A stretch of DNA of 60,270 bases, the filler included, from Globobulimina sp. (lineage: Eukaryota): the NCBI GenBank assembly GCA_003354225.1. It is 15 parts of 15 records of this genome, joined end to end, with 100 filler letters (N's around TTAATTAATTAA, not from the genome) between each part and the next. Parts side by side here need not be neighbours in the genome. Positions count along the whole stretch, not along the records: positions 56,351 to 60,270 come from PIVH01001886.1; 14 more parts are not named here. One strand, given 5' to 3'. The translations under genes were made by a program, and so were the position numbers. A model generated the notes under the pieces. That model searched no databases. It saw only the letters and a program-made list of their open reading frames with translations, and was not told the DNA's origin. Positions 59,301 through 60,270 of the stretch are shown piece by piece; position 1 is the stretch's first letter, and each line of letters starts with the position of its first letter.

Positions 59301-59923
59301 AAGACGAGGAACGATTTGAAGAAGAGAGGTTGGAGTATAGTCGTAATGACAGCAATGTGACCAAATCGCAATCCTATATTGGTTGGAAGAATAAGGCGGT
59401 CTCCGCCAATGAAGAGATTAGTAAATTACAGAGGGAACGGAAGCTATCGTCGGAACAATTGACGCGATTAACGCAGACCGTGGAAGAGTTGAAAGCATCG
59501 CGAACAGCCGATACTAATATGTATGAATCGCAAGCCTCAGGCTTTAAATCGACGATAGCTAAATTTAAGAAGAAATATCAAGAAAGTGATAAGATTCGCA
59601 AAGATTCGATATCGACGTTGCATGACAATTTATTTGCGAAGTTGCTTGAGGCGGAGGCCGAGCATGAAGAGATGGTCGCGGATTTTAAACAGCAAATTGG
59701 GAGGTTGCTAAAATCAAAGAAAGCATTGGAGACTGCCATGAATACAATGGCGACCACCAAGGTAGATACTATCGGTAGTTTGGCGAATACTATTCAAGAA
59801 TTAAGAGAATCTGTGACTGCCTTATCCACACAAGTTGAAATACTAAAAAATAAAAATAATCGCTTGGAATCACGGACCACTGTACAACATATAACATCAT
59901 CGTTTTCCAGTTGGATGGGATAA
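56351..59923 (+). CDS. Large acidic coiled-coil protein, probably 5'-partial
   Basis: 1173+ aa uninterrupted ORF with heptad-rich E/K/Q/L composition, internal repeats (TDDP.Q, L.EER; LAY/FY.AE..RM.I), poly-E and poly-P tracts, and one small globular segment near 58520-58830. Confidence 0.85.
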   Translation, partial: RHLETQEDKKVIQSEVSMQRAATKKLSKELTQLMGKDVSTDDPKQLILAIQQLQHIMSEERLDRMREKQLFKDEIAKLEYNLGDANYAMSKLKKDLTETLGEHLVTDDPHQIAELLQKVQYQLAEERMDGMRQRRQSIQLTDKINKINYELADERLQLLELKETIQDILEIDIESFDENSVNLKDLLIKLKQQVNDEFDFNQEGDNKLNRREKAEQASMLKADEKIKTIDIEEELKQIENDPAVHYNNIDDIGQLKKIIQSLHMELKNSRTDHLAVSETKTHLEVQTFDLQTKLHSEKKKFTKLLRMSQQMAGFDPKLLDMEATEQGLQPPLLEEEEREHDSEGSDGGDSTHVYEEMEHMESWNGTAQELDDEINRLQSELDKSHKQISTVKQENQRLSERINTLQSTNRNHRRRESEVFTAIGDDAKNVIEQFEELEENRKKMENDALQLAYLQAEQRRMEIAYEHARANATKYRLESTNLKSKLKDLEEKNAEIEELNIVRDKLLDLENQVKENENQELELAFYKAEKQRMDIKFEFQENLSKQARELNKELQKAVKQEKEKVRRMSQTLSSTDVDEIDNVNDGSALPLEEQVNKLKDQLTKEQMEKQILQQRLSNAESTQVNKLLQYVNSTKKPMPPPPPKKQISANGDSDGDGGEEEDGNVSPLEQDEEEEEDDNKHEADSSGEMETLKFKLANAELQNAQLKRRVSIAGIEKEQLSLLWEQPRVTIQMVSEFIERLPLKHKEKIWARHATGQYIAKNKVLHTLHSFVALCIKIKDRTAVAPSRHDIEKKLVPFADVIRQRTENMNGMALDEFNNELHFWILEPVSGLIMTSDEQKQWMDEIDQLRDELVKTQKEKLRIQRKSQMDLTVLLDKMKGFEIQPEEKIAELEEHIEELQDAINDLQSDRKEKDEEIKGLMKDNFNLRQGRDKSRESEDDEEEEEKEEVEEDEDEEEEEDEEEQVPELIDASQQKTMSEFRDLQDEERFEEERLEYSRNDSNVTKSQSYIGWKNKAVSANEEISKLQRERKLSSEQLTRLTQTVEELKASRTADTNMYESQASGFKSTIAKFKKKYQESDKIRKDSISTLHDNLFAKLLEAEAEHEEMVADFKQQIGRLLKSKKALETAMNTMATTKVDTIGSLANTIQELRESVTALSTQVEILKNKNNRLESRTTVQHITSSFSSWMG

Positions 59924-60270
59924 ATTGCATCTTGTCATGTATATGTCACTATTTTCTATTTTTTATATTTTTTGTTGATTGTTGATGTTTTTTCAATATT
60001 TTGTTGCAATATTCTTGTTTTTTTTTGTTTTTATTCATTTTTTTATGACTTTTCTTTGTGTTTATTGCATTTTTTCATTTTGTGTTGTAGGGTGTTGTGA
60101 TGTAGTTTGTTTTTTGGTTCATCTTATTCCTATATACTATATTGGCAGTTTAATATTCTAAATTCATTATGTAATGTTTGTAATTTCACAGTTATAATTT
60201 GGCTGAACCAGGTTTTGTACTGACTTGGATATTCTTGGATCTTTTAGTCTCTTTGCTTTCTCCATGAAAG

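Noticed and set aside
57967-59364. Long Ser-rich antisense ORFs (also 707-1069, 9601-10026, 17540-18106)
   Set aside because: Antisense shadows of Glu/Asp-rich or GC-richer coding strands; no independent motifs.
1-60270. Alternative genetic code (stop-codon reassignment)
   Set aside because: TAA, TAG and TGA all end genes at expected positions, and in-frame stops are explained by introns or frameshifts.

Overview
This window is not one locus. It is 15 unrelated ~3.92-3.93 kb contigs, sorted by decreasing length and joined by 14 artificial 100-nt spacers (N44-TTAATTAATTAA-N44), so gene neighbourhoods across spacers mean nothing. The content is from an AT-rich, gene-dense eukaryote with short (58-95 nt) GT-AG introns. 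The gene families and intron style suggest a foraminiferan/rhizarian protist (inference, not verified). Recognisable genes: Ku80, a GRK-type kinase, eIF2B-epsilon, PP2A B56, GH20 hexosaminidase, TRAPPC13, ceramide synthase, RSL1D1, an Arf-like GTPase, annexin, a 2OG-Fe(II) oxygenase, ITFG1, an Atg22-type MFS transporter and an RraA-family protein. The most unusual items are domain architectures: a single-HKD PLD-type nuclease with a possible EVE/PUA-like reader domain, an ADP-ribosyltransferase-like protein, a membrane-anchored multicopper oxidase with a mucin stalk and C-type lectin, an MFS transporter with a jacalin-like insert, and one HAD subfamily used both in a TPR-HAD-TPR-SAM protein and as a GPI-anchored enzyme. 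There are also several MITE/foldback elements, a decayed tRNA, and bacterial-looking fragments fused onto a contig end, which points to amplification chimeras. All domain calls are by-eye motif recognition; no searches were run.
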